Shown piece by piece: positions 8,040 through 16,576 of a stretch of DNA of 64,000 nt. Below the pieces are notes generated by a model. The model was not told where the DNA came from. It ran no database searches and saw only the letters and a program-made list of their open reading frames with translations. This DNA comes from a virus. Location of the stretch: IMG/VR virus record IMGVR_UViG_3300046697_000072, one strand, 5' to 3'. Position 1 is the stretch's first letter, and each line of letters opens with the position of its first letter. The position numbers and the translations under genes are program-made.

Positions 8040-8185
8040 ACGAAGAACGAGACTTCACGCTTGAGGAATTGCGTGATTTGAAGATCGCAGTAACACGGGC
8101 TATGGACACAACGCGCCCAAGCGAAACTGAGTTGTACGACCGATTTGAGGCGCTATACCAGAAGCTAAGAAATCTGGGGGCCTGA
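8036..8185 (+). CDS. Hypothetical small protein (49 aa)
   Basis: ATGA overlap with stop 8039. MNEERDFTLEEL... is the C-terminal part of track ORF 7868..8185. Confidence 0.5.
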   Translation: MNEERDFTLEELRDLKIAVTRAMDTTRPSETELYDRFEALYQKLRNLGA

Positions 8186-8188
8186 ATT

Positions 8189-8542
8189 ATGAGGACCGAG
8201 AAGCAGGTTTTGACCCCCATGACCGTAACCGAATGGCGGGCGGAGGCCGTAAGGCGTTTCGGCCCTGATCCGATGAATTGGCGCTTCATCTGTCCAGTCT
8301 GTCACCACGTAGCTTCGGTGTCCGACTGGAAGAACGCCGGTGCCACAGAGGGTGAGGCTGCCTTCTCTTGCGTCGGGCGGCGCACTGGAGGCCGTCAGGC
8401 ATTTGAAGAGAAAGGTGTCGGCCCATGCAACTACGCTGGAGGAGGGCTCTTTCGGCTCAACCCCCAACCCGTCATTAACGAAGATGGAAAGACACATCAC
8501 GTGTTTGCCTTCGAACCGGAAGAAGAGGAGGCCGAAGAATGA
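8189..8542 (+). CDS. Cys-rich phage protein (VVA0879-like, tentative)
   Basis: Pattern W-F-CPVC...SCVGR...GPCNYAGGGLFRLNP...HVFAF, with an acidic tail EEEEAEE. The family name is from memory only. Confidence 0.55.
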   Translation: MRTEKQVLTPMTVTEWRAEAVRRFGPDPMNWRFICPVCHHVASVSDWKNAGATEGEAAFSCVGRRTGGRQAFEEKGVGPCNYAGGGLFRLNPQPVINEDGKTHHVFAFEPEEEEAEE

Positions 8543-8638
8543 TCACCGAGAATCACACGTGCGAAGAGAGGGTCTTCCGTAATTGGAGAGAGCATACCTG
8601 CGGGATAACCGCCCGGTTTGAGCACGGAGGAAGGGATT

Positions 8639-8887
8639 GTGCTTCGCCCGCGCGGATTCGGCCAAGTCAGTATTCGTACCGGCTCTGGCCTGACAATAAC
8701 AACCGACACGAAAGACTTGGAGGTTATCCCTGAGGACCTAAGCCAACAGCACTTGGTCCTCAGGAAATCACCGAACGAAGTAATTCCATTCAACCTTGCG
8801 GCACACGAGTTTCAATCCACGCCCGGACATCCGGGCGAACTACAGACTGATTGTACCACAACAAAGGAGCGTAAAAACACGTTATGA
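8639..8887 (+). CDS. Hypothetical protein (82 aa) with EVIP repeats
   Basis: GGAGGA (8626-8631) lies 7 nt before GTG 8639, in the frame of track ORF 8618..8887. I prefer this over ORF 8539..8733. Confidence 0.5.
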   Translation: MLRPRGFGQVSIRTGSGLTITTDTKDLEVIPEDLSQQHLVLRKSPNEVIPFNLAAHEFQSTPGHPGELQTDCTTTKERKNTL

Positions 8888-9633
8888 CACCGACTGAGGT
8901 AATCCCCTTCGATCTTGTCGCTCATGAGAAGGCCGCAGTCCGGCTGACGGAAGGCACCAACATGTCAGCCTTACAGGCTACTGCCAAGAGCTTGCAGGTC
9001 ACCGACGAAGAATCCAACGTGGAGTGCCTGGGACTCAGGAACGCCTGCGCCACAATCGAGAAGCGAATCACCGACTACTGGGCTCCGCTGGCCGACATGG
9101 CAAACAAGCTCCACAAAGCCATCACCGGCAAACGCGGGCAGATGACCAAACCGTGGACCGATCTCAAGGACGCCTTCACCAGCAAGAGCGAGAAGTTCAT
9201 CATGGATCAACGCGCCGCCAAGCGCCGGGAAGAGGAAGCTCTCGCCCGGATCGAAGCTCAGCGCAAACGGGAACTGGAACAGGAAGCCGACGCACTGCTG
9301 TCACGCGGCTACGTGGAAGCGGCCCAAGCCAAGATCCAGCAGGCCGAGATCACGGACATGCCAACCCTGCCGGATGCCGTAGGAAAGATCGAGGGCTCCC
9401 GGATCGGCACGACCTGGAAGGCGGAAGGCGCGGACCTGATCGGCACCATGCGGGCGATTGTGGCCGGGCAGATCCCGATCCTGTGGGACAACGGCAAGGG
9501 TGAGCAGGAGCCGATCCTGGTCTACAACCAGCAGGTGCTCAACGCCATTGCCAAGCGGTCTCAGGGCAGTCTCAAGATCCCCGGCGTGAAGTTCATCGAG
9601 GGAGTTCGGATCGGCGCAGCGCGTCTAGGATAA
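8884..9633 (+). CDS. Hypothetical coiled-coil protein (249 aa)
   Basis: Track ORF with ATGA overlap. The central segment is rich in charged residues. Confidence 0.65.
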   Translation: MTPTEVIPFDLVAHEKAAVRLTEGTNMSALQATAKSLQVTDEESNVECLGLRNACATIEKRITDYWAPLADMANKLHKAITGKRGQMTKPWTDLKDAFTSKSEKFIMDQRAAKRREEEALARIEAQRKRELEQEADALLSRGYVEAAQAKIQQAEITDMPTLPDAVGKIEGSRIGTTWKAEGADLIGTMRAIVAGQIPILWDNGKGEQEPILVYNQQVLNAIAKRSQGSLKIPGVKFIEGVRIGAARLG

Positions 9634-9646
9634 CAGGAGAATAACC

Positions 9647-9868
9647 ATGGAAAACAGAACAGCACTCGAATCAAGCAATCTGCATAGCGCCGGATGGGAA
9701 TCCGGCATTCTCGAAGTCGCGTTCCGAGACAAAACCGGGGCTGTCCGGGCCGTGTGGCAGTACTCGGCACCCAAGGAAGCCTACGACGGCCTGATTGCCG
9801 CCGAAAGTTCCGGGAAATACTTCAACTCTTCCATCAAGGGCGTCTTCGACGGACACCGGGTTGACTAG
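9647..9868 (+). CDS. KTSC domain protein
   Basis: ...SSNLHSAGWESGILEVAFRD...VWQYSAPKEAYDGLIAAESSGKYFNSSIKG... matches the KTSC pattern. AGGAG SD. Confidence 0.75.
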   Translation: MENRTALESSNLHSAGWESGILEVAFRDKTGAVRAVWQYSAPKEAYDGLIAAESSGKYFNSSIKGVFDGHRVD

Positions 9869-9870
9869 CC

Positions 9871-10116
9871 ATGTCCAACGTTGCACTGACCATACAGGAG
9901 CGGATCAATCTGGTCCGCTCCGCGATTGAGAAAATCCGGGATGCTGAAGCCCAGTTGAAGGAGTTCGGTTGTACGAGTTCCGAGAAGCCTTTCTTCGATC
10001 TGGTTAAGCGAGCTGAGGCTAGGGGCCGTCTCGAAGCCGCCCGATACAATTGGCGCGGACAATGGTCCAACGTCGAAGTCATCTTGCAGGAAGGTCTGAG
10101 AGAGGAGCTGCGGTAA
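9871..10116 (+). CDS. Hypothetical protein (81 aa)
   Basis: Track ORF. ATG lies 2 nt after the upstream stop. N-terminus MSNVAL is encoded by the dyad motif. Confidence 0.55.
   Translation: MSNVALTIQERINLVRSAIEKIRDAEAQLKEFGCTSSEKPFFDLVKRAEARGRLEAARYNWRGQWSNVEVILQEGLREELR
9873..9886. repeat. GTSCAACGTTGSAC dyad motif copy
   Basis: GTCCAACGTTGCAC overlaps ATG 9871. The 18-mer ATGTCCAACGTTGCACTG is identical to 59490-59507 on the minus strand. Confidence 0.9.
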
Positions 10117-11886
10117 GTGGGGCTGCGACCGTATCAGCAGGAGGCAATCCAGAGCATACAGGACGAGTTCTCCCATGGGATCTCCCGGCAACTGGTCGTG
10201 ATGGCCACGGGATTGGGAAAGACGGTCGTAGCTGCCCACGTTCCGCACTTCATGCCGAAACGTAAGCGGGGAATGTTCATCGTACACCGGAACGAACTTT
10301 GCCTACAGGCCCAACGTCAGTTTGAGAAACACAATCCCGAACTGAAGGTCGGAGTGGAACGAGCGGAATACCGAGCCGGTGATGCCGACATTGTGATCGC
10401 CTCTGTCCAGACCATCGGCAAGATGAACGGAGACGGCAAACCCGGTGACCGGCTCAAGCAGTTCCGGCCCGATGATTTCTCGTGGGTCATCTGTGATGAA
10501 GTTCACCACGGGACCTCGGACACGTACCGGGCGATCTTCCGGCACATGCGGGTTCTGAAGGGGGAGCCGGACTGTAACGAATTCAAGCTGTTCTGCGGCA
10601 TAACCGCGACTCCAAACCGTTCAGATTCGATAGGGTTGGAGTGCCTGTTCGACAAGATAACCGTAGTCAACGACATCCGATTCGGAGTCCGGGAAGGCTG
10701 GTTGTCTCGTATTCATTGCAACGTAGTGGAGACGGAAATAGATCTCAGCCGCGTTCACATTACTGCCGGGGACTTCAACGCGGCGGAACTCAGCGCAACC
10801 GTGGATACTCCCACCAGGAATGAACTGATCGCGCAAGAGTACTTGAAGAACCGGCCAGACGGGCCATCGTTCTTCTTTGTTGTCGATATAAACCACGCCC
10901 ATAATCTCTCGGAAGTCTTACGCGGGCACGGGATACGCACCTATGCCATCTCTGGGAAGACTCCGGAAGATGAGTGCCGCCGCTTCATGAAGATGATCAA
11001 TGAGGGATCGATAGACGGGCTGGCCTCCGCAGGTAAGTTGAACGAGGGCGTTGACGCTCCCAGGGTTTGCGCAGCTTGGATGTGCAGGCCGACAAAGAGC
11101 CAACTCCTCTATCAGCAGATGGTGGGCCGAGTTTTGAGGCCATTCCCCAGTCCGGAAGACCTACAGGCGTTGTCCAACGTTGGACAGGCCCCGGCATGGG
11201 TCAAGCCCTTTGCGTCCATCACGGACTTCGTAGACATCTGCGGGAGGCACAGCTTATGCACAACCCCGACTCTGTTCAGCCTTCGGCACAAGTTTGACGC
11301 GAAGCGCAAGGATATCATCGAAGCCGTTGAAGAGATCGAGGCGTTGGAGGCCGAGCACCCCGGTCTGGACTTGCGGAGCGCCCCGAACCTGGACGCGATC
11401 AAGACCTCGCTGCACCGGCTGGATCTTCTTGCTACCCCAACCACTCCGCCCGAGCTTCGCAAGATCAGCAAGTTCGTATGGCTGAAAGAGCAGGAAGATT
11501 CTTTCCACCTGGGGCTTATGGATGGGGCGCTTTTATCAGTGCGCGTGAACACCCTTGGCCAGTGGGATGTCTACCGCCACATGAAGGGTATCCGGACCAA
11601 ACTCTGGGTGGCACACGATCTCAAGGAGGCCGTGCAGAAGGCCGAAGAGGAGATCCCCTCAAGGGAGGCTCGAATCCTCTCTGCCGAAGCTGGCTGGCGT
11701 CGAGAGGGGCCTACCGAAAAACAAGCGGCACGATTGATTATGCGGGACCACAAGCTCCGTCAGGAGTTCGGTAACTCCGAAAATCTGTACGCTTTCCTGT
11801 GTGACCGGTTTGAGCATGGAGATCTATCCGCGTCACGCGGAAATATATCCGCCCGCATCTCGTCACTTGAGGAAGCAAGACGTTAG
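10117..11886 (+). CDS. SF2 (DEAD/DEAH-like, ResIII + helicase-C) helicase with C-terminal extension
   Basis: Motif I MATGLGKT, motif II ICDEVHHG, motif VI QQMVGRVLR. GTG start after GAGGAG. Confidence 0.85.
   Translation: MGLRPYQQEAIQSIQDEFSHGISRQLVVMATGLGKTVVAAHVPHFMPKRKRGMFIVHRNELCLQAQRQFEKHNPELKVGVERAEYRAGDADIVIASVQTIGKMNGDGKPGDRLKQFRPDDFSWVICDEVHHGTSDTYRAIFRHMRVLKGEPDCNEFKLFCGITATPNRSDSIGLECLFDKITVVNDIRFGVREGWLSRIHCNVVETEIDLSRVHITAGDFNAAELSATVDTPTRNELIAQEYLKNRPDGPSFFFVVDINHAHNLSEVLRGHGIRTYAISGKTPEDECRRFMKMINEGSIDGLASAGKLNEGVDAPRVCAAWMCRPTKSQLLYQQMVGRVLRPFPSPEDLQALSNVGQAPAWVKPFASITDFVDICGRHSLCTTPTLFSLRHKFDAKRKDIIEAVEEIEALEAEHPGLDLRSAPNLDAIKTSLHRLDLLATPTTPPELRKISKFVWLKEQEDSFHLGLMDGALLSVRVNTLGQWDVYRHMKGIRTKLWVAHDLKEAVQKAEEEIPSREARILSAEAGWRREGPTEKQAARLIMRDHKLRQEFGNSENLYAFLCDRFEHGDLSASRGNISARISSLEEARR
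11172..11185. repeat. GTSCAACGTTGSAC dyad motif copy (perfect palindrome)
   Basis: GTCCAACGTTGGAC lies inside the helicase gene, just after motif VI, and is read as LSNVGQ. Confidence 0.9.
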
Positions 11887-11936
11887 AACCCTGAACACGG
11901 CCGGTGGCGTTACGCCCGGCCACTGAAAGGAGAATC

Positions 11937-12164
11937 ATGGAACGTGTAGAGGTAACAAACGGATTTTTGGGGATCTGCCACATGCAGGTTTGTGCGGTGG
12001 CCGATGCTACCGACGATGAAATCCTGGAGGTGTGCGACTCGCGTAACCCCTCAGGAACATCGAACGGATGGTGCCACGTAATCAGAGAATCGGAACATCC
12101 GAACATGCAGCCGGTAGCCTGCAAGGAACACCCGGAGCGAAAGCATTTCCTGGTGGCCTGCTAA
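11937..12164 (+). CDS. Hypothetical Cys/His-rich protein (75 aa)
   Basis: AAGGAG lies 6 nt before ATG 11937 (track ORF 11904..12164). Confidence 0.55.
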   Translation: MERVEVTNGFLGICHMQVCAVADATDDEILEVCDSRNPSGTSNGWCHVIRESEHPNMQPVACKEHPERKHFLVAC

Positions 12165-12301
12165 TGACCGAGGCCTTGCAATCCCTCACCGCCCGGGCCA
12201 TCGACCACTGGCCCGGCATACTGGTGCCCATCGTTCTGTTGGGCTTCATTGGGATGGTATGGACGGCTACGGTGTGGGCATTCAGGAGAAAACAACGATG
12301 A
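12164..12301 (+). CDS. Small membrane protein (45 aa)
   Basis: TAATG overlap. One hydrophobic helix, WPGILVPIVLLGFIGMVWTATVWAF, followed by RRKQR. Confidence 0.5.
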   Translation: MTEALQSLTARAIDHWPGILVPIVLLGFIGMVWTATVWAFRRKQR

Positions 12302-12373
12302 CATACGAATTTCGCAGTAACGGACGGCCCGAGATCGAGCACTTCGACACCAAGGTCAGGAGTTTGACGATTG

Positions 12374-12697
12374 ATGGATAAAATAACCCCGCTGTGGCGG
12401 TCTTACGAATATGGCTTGCGGAATGGTTGGGGACAGCACCCGACTAAGGGCGCTGCGCTGCTGGACTCCGCCGCGCGCTCCCTGGTGGACGGCGAACCGG
12501 TCCTGGCGACTCCTAAGGAGATTTCCGAGGCCCTGGGAACCAATCCGTCGATTATGGGTATGTGCCCATTCTGTGGCGCACATCCGCTGACTCCCTTTTG
12601 TGGCCCGAGATGCCGTGCGGAGCATTCTCCCGATTGCGAGGCACTGGAGGGAAGCCATCAGTGGGTGAAGGACAGGGAGGCCGCTTGTGGCCTGTAG
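12374..12697 (+). CDS. Hypothetical Cys-rich protein (107 aa)
   Basis: Track ORF 12371..12697 with ATG at 12374. Contains CPFCG...CGPRC. Confidence 0.5.
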   Translation: MDKITPLWRSYEYGLRNGWGQHPTKGAALLDSAARSLVDGEPVLATPKEISEALGTNPSIMGMCPFCGAHPLTPFCGPRCRAEHSPDCEALEGSHQWVKDREAACGL

Positions 12698-12872
12698 AAT
12701 ATGCGGTCGAGGAGCGTGTACCGAATCCTTCCATTCGATCCAAGATCAGGAAGAGTGGCAAACGAAGACGGGCCGGTATGCCCCCGAAGATACAGAGGAT
12801 ACCCAGCACCGCGAGCAGGACGCCGCTGCGATTCTGGTAGAGCGGGCGGAGGAAATCGGAGAGAATCGGTGA
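12687..12872 (+). CDS. Hypothetical small protein (61 aa)
   Basis: AGGGAGG lies 6 nt before GTG 12687. N-terminal CRICGRGAC. Ends at the hairpin at 12868-12884. Confidence 0.4.
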   Translation: MACRICGRGACTESFHSIQDQEEWQTKTGRYAPEDTEDTQHREQDAAAILVERAEEIGENR

Positions 12873-12884
12873 GGCTACCTCACC
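12868..12884. terminator. Hairpin between convergent blocks
   Basis: GGTGAGG-cta-CCTCACC between the rightward block end and the fibre-gene stop (12893). No U-tract on either strand. Confidence 0.3.
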
Positions 12885-12892
12885 ACTCCCCG

Positions 12893-15800
12893 TTACCGTG
12901 TTACCGTGCCGCTCCCGAACACGGGCCGGTAGGTCACGACGCCAGAGACCCCCATCAGGATCGCGGCCTCTCCTGCCCGGAGCGAGACGCTCGTCACCGG
13001 AGCGCCCAGAGTTCCGTCCGCGCTCAGAAGCTGGTACGTGCCCCCCAAGGCGATGGCCTGCGATGGCGTATCCAGTTCGGCCTCCAGGTGCAGGCTGCCC
13101 CGAAACGGCCTCATTAACACGATGCCATTCGTGAAATCCCGCCGCCATACGTTCGGGCATCCGCCGGTTGAGCAATCTCCAAGAGGAGAGTGCCCAGAGA
13201 TCGCGCTGCCGTACAACCAGGGCGTCCCCCCGGTTTCATCAGCCGCACGAACGCCGGCCCTGTACCCTGCAGTGTTTGGAACACCCAGATCCACGCCCAT
13301 AGCTGGAAACCAGGTGGTCCAACCCCATACGTTCGCCACGGACGGACTTGTAATGGCAGCCAAGTGCTGAGACTGAATGCAGCTTGCCGCCGCGCCAGCG
13401 AGGTACGAATTGTAGATCGGGCTTGTGGTGCTGAAAATCTTCCAGTCAGAACTGCGGATCGTGCTCACTGTTGGCTGATGTCCCGTCGTGTCCAGGGTGC
13501 CCGTGATCCAATACGCGGTCACTCCCCCTATCGAGGTAGTGGCCCAGTCGCCGGGTGGGGTGAATGTGATTGTCCCCGAGTTGTGGAGGACGTTCGTGCC
13601 GTCTGCCACTGTCAGTGCCACCTGAGCCGAACCATTCCAATAAGTCCAAGTGAGATACGCGCCACCTGACGGATCAACCACGCCGAAAGACAGGTGGCTG
13701 AACGGTGTAGAATACCCGGCCTGAATCGTGGCAGTCGGGTACGAACCCAAGAGCATGGTGGGTGATCCACCCCACGCCTGCAAAGAAACATCCCCTCCGA
13801 GGACCCGAACATAGCCAGGAGCCGATGCTTTTACCACATCCCCCGACGGTCCCAACTGCATCACTATCCCATTTGCCTCAAACACGCTCCCCACACAAGT
13901 ATCGACACTCATCAAGCTGATCGCCTTGGCGCCGGATGACGTATCTGCTGGAATAGGGGACGCCAAAGTGGTAGGCGTGTCGTATGTGTCCACTTGATCC
14001 GTGACTAAATAGTACCCGACAATCTCTTGCCCACCGTGATACATGTACCCCGTGTTGCTGTTGGTCCCCATATAGTGCATGGCCAGGGTGAGCATAGGTG
14101 TGCGGTTCGCTCGGTCCACAAAATGCCAAGTCGCCATCGAACCATTTCCCGGACTCCAACTTGATGCCGCGTTGAGGGAACTGGTGTCATAGAATGCCGT
14201 GTATACCTTGACGTTGTTCGGGTTGTTCGCCGTCAAAAAGTCGTCGTAGTTAACACAGCAGGCCCCCCCAAACGTGTAATCCGGGAAAGGATTCCGGGTG
14301 GCTGCCGCCGAGTAATAGTTGCCCGGCATGATCGCGGTTTCGAGCAGGTTCGCATCTCCGATCGGGTAGCCTCCCAAGAGCAAGGTCTGTCCATTGTTCG
14401 TGACCCAGAAGTTAGAGCCATGCTCAGACTTGAGGCGGGCAATCAATTCGGTGTGGAGCGCCCCCCACGCAGGCAACCAACCCTCGGTGTGATTGTAGTC
14501 CAGCGAGGCATCGGCATTCGAGGGCAGATTCGTCGCATCGTCATAAAACACGGCGTCGTAATTGTCGGTTGGGTTGAGGGCTGAATCTACTATGTCTGCA
14601 AGCGCCCGTCCCCAAGTCCGAATGCCGCTTTGAACATCGGACGGATTGCCGTACATGTTATTGCCGCCAGCTGTGGCGCGAGCCTGATATTGGAACTTGG
14701 CGGAAGCGGTTCCCGGTGGCGTCGGGTTGTACTCTAGGCGCGTTCCCACGTTAATCCGATTCGCGTCTGTTGCGTTCCATCCCCTGAAGGTATTGCCTGC
14801 CGACGAGACTGCCCAATCGTCACCCTTCACGGTGGAGTATATCGGAGAAACCGATGCACCGCTCACTACGATCTGCACCCAGTATTTCAGGTGAGTGGTC
14901 GTAATTGGGAATGGAGTCGTCACGTTCACCGTGAGAGTTTTCTGCGCCCAGTCCGACGGCGGATACCAGTATACCTTGCCAGAGGTCGTCAACCCCGAAG
15001 TTCCATCCGAGAGGTGACTCGATAGCGCGGTCCATGCTGAACCGTTCCAGTAATTGTAGGCCACCGTCCCACCCGTCCGGGCGGTTGTAATGGCAAAGTT
15101 CATCTGGTCGAACGGCTCCTGATAGCCAACGTATAAGGTGCTGGCTACGGTCGTGGTCGGAGAACCGAACCAGCTTCCATTCGTCACGTCGGCGTAAGCG
15201 CCGCTCGAATACGTGAACACGCCGCCGTCGTAATTTCCCCCACCCAGGTAGGGCTCGAAAGCGTCGAACCGAGTCATGTCTGATGTATACGCGGTAAGGG
15301 CTGAATCCACGTTGGCGTGGAGGTACATGTTCTCCAGTACGAATCCGTTAGTTATCGCTGTGTCTTGCGCCAAGTATCCAACCTCGGCGGTGAAGTCTGG
15401 CATGTCCTTATAAGTCGAGTAGTACGTCTTCGTGAGATTCCCGCCATGCGCATCTCCAGTACCGCCGCCACCGAGAACCCAGTCGAAACGGCTGCCCAAC
15501 CAGGTGTTGATTGTGCTCCAGAGCCCTGGCGGAGTGGTGTACTGGCCGTAGTCTACTATGGCCGTTGAGAGGTGTGGGAAATGGGGCGTGTGGGCTGCCA
15601 CCGTCATCGGCGCAACCGTGAAAGGAGACGAGTAGCCGGAAGTCCCTCCGGCGGCGGTAACGTCCATCTTCCACGATCCAGCCGTAAGGGATTGACTGTT
15701 GACGGTCAAGAGCGTCGAACTGTTGACGGTCACGCTGGAAGCTGCCGTGCAAGCTCCGCCTCCAGTCGGACAAAAGTTGACGCCCACGGGGGCAATAAAG

Positions 15801-16576
15801 GTGGTCCCTATGATGGAAGCGTTGAACGGAACCGACGGCCATGGAGATCCAGCCGATAGCGTATAGCCGCTCAGTGTAGGCGCGGCCGGCGCGACGTAGG
15901 GCTTGAACGCCGCGATCAAAGCTGCCGATGCGTTCGTGGTCGGAGAGAGCGCCCACGTCGGATTGCGTGCGGTGGCCGTCGCTTGGATCTCATAAGCGAG
16001 ACCCACTGAGTTGTTCGTGCCATTCGAGGAGGCCACATGCTGCGCGTAGTTGGAACTGAAAGGAGAATCTACACCGCTGATGTCGATGCTCTGGTACGTG
16101 CCTCCTACCGTTATCAGCAGTTCCCCGTTTCCGGCTGGCGTGAGCGTTCCAGGCTGGAGTGTTGCTCCTGTATCCTGGCCGCCGCCCGTAATCGCGTCCA
16201 ACACCAGACTTGATGCCGTACCCGAAAATGCGGTCACAGCAAAACTCATGTAGGCACCATAGGTTGTGAACGTGTGGCCCGTTCCCACGCTCGTCGGAAT
16301 GCTGTACCAGAGCGTCGCGTTCGCTGCCATCCCTGGTGCATGATAAGTTCCCGCGCAGGTCCATCCGTTACTCTTCGAATCGGCTACACCGTAGCTGCAA
16401 TTTCCACCCGTGGTGTAGTTGGATAGACCAATGACCAGCAGGGTGGCTCCAGTGGTGTCAATTGCAGACGTGGTAGTCGTCGCAAGGTTGCTCGGGTTCG
16501 CCACACTCGTGCTGGCCACGGGAGCGATCTGCCCCCACGCCGGAGCGCAGAGCAAGAGGATGAGCAGGGGCCTCAT
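12893..16576 (-). CDS. Giant fibre/depolymerase-like protein with N-terminal signal peptide (1227 aa)
   Basis: Track ORF 12893..16606. ATG 16576 forms an ATGA overlap with the upstream gene. N-terminus MRPLLILLLCAPAWGQ-IAPV. T/S/G-rich, beta-rich composition. Confidence 0.75.
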   Translation of the reverse strand: MRPLLILLLCAPAWGQIAPVASTSVANPSNLATTTTSAIDTTGATLLVIGLSNYTTGGNCSYGVADSKSNGWTCAGTYHAPGMAANATLWYSIPTSVGTGHTFTTYGAYMSFAVTAFSGTASSLVLDAITGGGQDTGATLQPGTLTPAGNGELLITVGGTYQSIDISGVDSPFSSNYAQHVASSNGTNNSVGLAYEIQATATARNPTWALSPTTNASAALIAAFKPYVAPAAPTLSGYTLSAGSPWPSVPFNASIIGTTFIAPVGVNFCPTGGGACTAASSVTVNSSTLLTVNSQSLTAGSWKMDVTAAGGTSGYSSPFTVAPMTVAAHTPHFPHLSTAIVDYGQYTTPPGLWSTINTWLGSRFDWVLGGGGTGDAHGGNLTKTYYSTYKDMPDFTAEVGYLAQDTAITNGFVLENMYLHANVDSALTAYTSDMTRFDAFEPYLGGGNYDGGVFTYSSGAYADVTNGSWFGSPTTTVASTLYVGYQEPFDQMNFAITTARTGGTVAYNYWNGSAWTALSSHLSDGTSGLTTSGKVYWYPPSDWAQKTLTVNVTTPFPITTTHLKYWVQIVVSGASVSPIYSTVKGDDWAVSSAGNTFRGWNATDANRINVGTRLEYNPTPPGTASAKFQYQARATAGGNNMYGNPSDVQSGIRTWGRALADIVDSALNPTDNYDAVFYDDATNLPSNADASLDYNHTEGWLPAWGALHTELIARLKSEHGSNFWVTNNGQTLLLGGYPIGDANLLETAIMPGNYYSAAATRNPFPDYTFGGACCVNYDDFLTANNPNNVKVYTAFYDTSSLNAASSWSPGNGSMATWHFVDRANRTPMLTLAMHYMGTNSNTGYMYHGGQEIVGYYLVTDQVDTYDTPTTLASPIPADTSSGAKAISLMSVDTCVGSVFEANGIVMQLGPSGDVVKASAPGYVRVLGGDVSLQAWGGSPTMLLGSYPTATIQAGYSTPFSHLSFGVVDPSGGAYLTWTYWNGSAQVALTVADGTNVLHNSGTITFTPPGDWATTSIGGVTAYWITGTLDTTGHQPTVSTIRSSDWKIFSTTSPIYNSYLAGAAASCIQSQHLAAITSPSVANVWGWTTWFPAMGVDLGVPNTAGYRAGVRAADETGGTPWLYGSAISGHSPLGDCSTGGCPNVWRRDFTNGIVLMRPFRGSLHLEAELDTPSQAIALGGTYQLLSADGTLGAPVTSVSLRAGEAAILMGVSGVVTYRPVFGSGTVTR

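Noticed and set aside
8539-8733. Track ORF 8539..8733 (ATGA-coupled to the upstream gene)
   Set aside because: Its translation is R/H/C-rich and looks non-protein-like. The overlapping frame with a GGAGGA SD and GTG 8639 gives a more plausible product. This remains uncertain.
10117-11886. Possibility that the helicase ORF is two genes split at the internal motif (11172)
   Set aside because: The frame is continuous with no stop, and there is no in-frame start with an SD after the motif.
12298-12381. 27-aa ORF (MTYEFRSNGRPEIEHFDTKVRSLTIDG)
   Set aside because: It is too short to support without conservation data.
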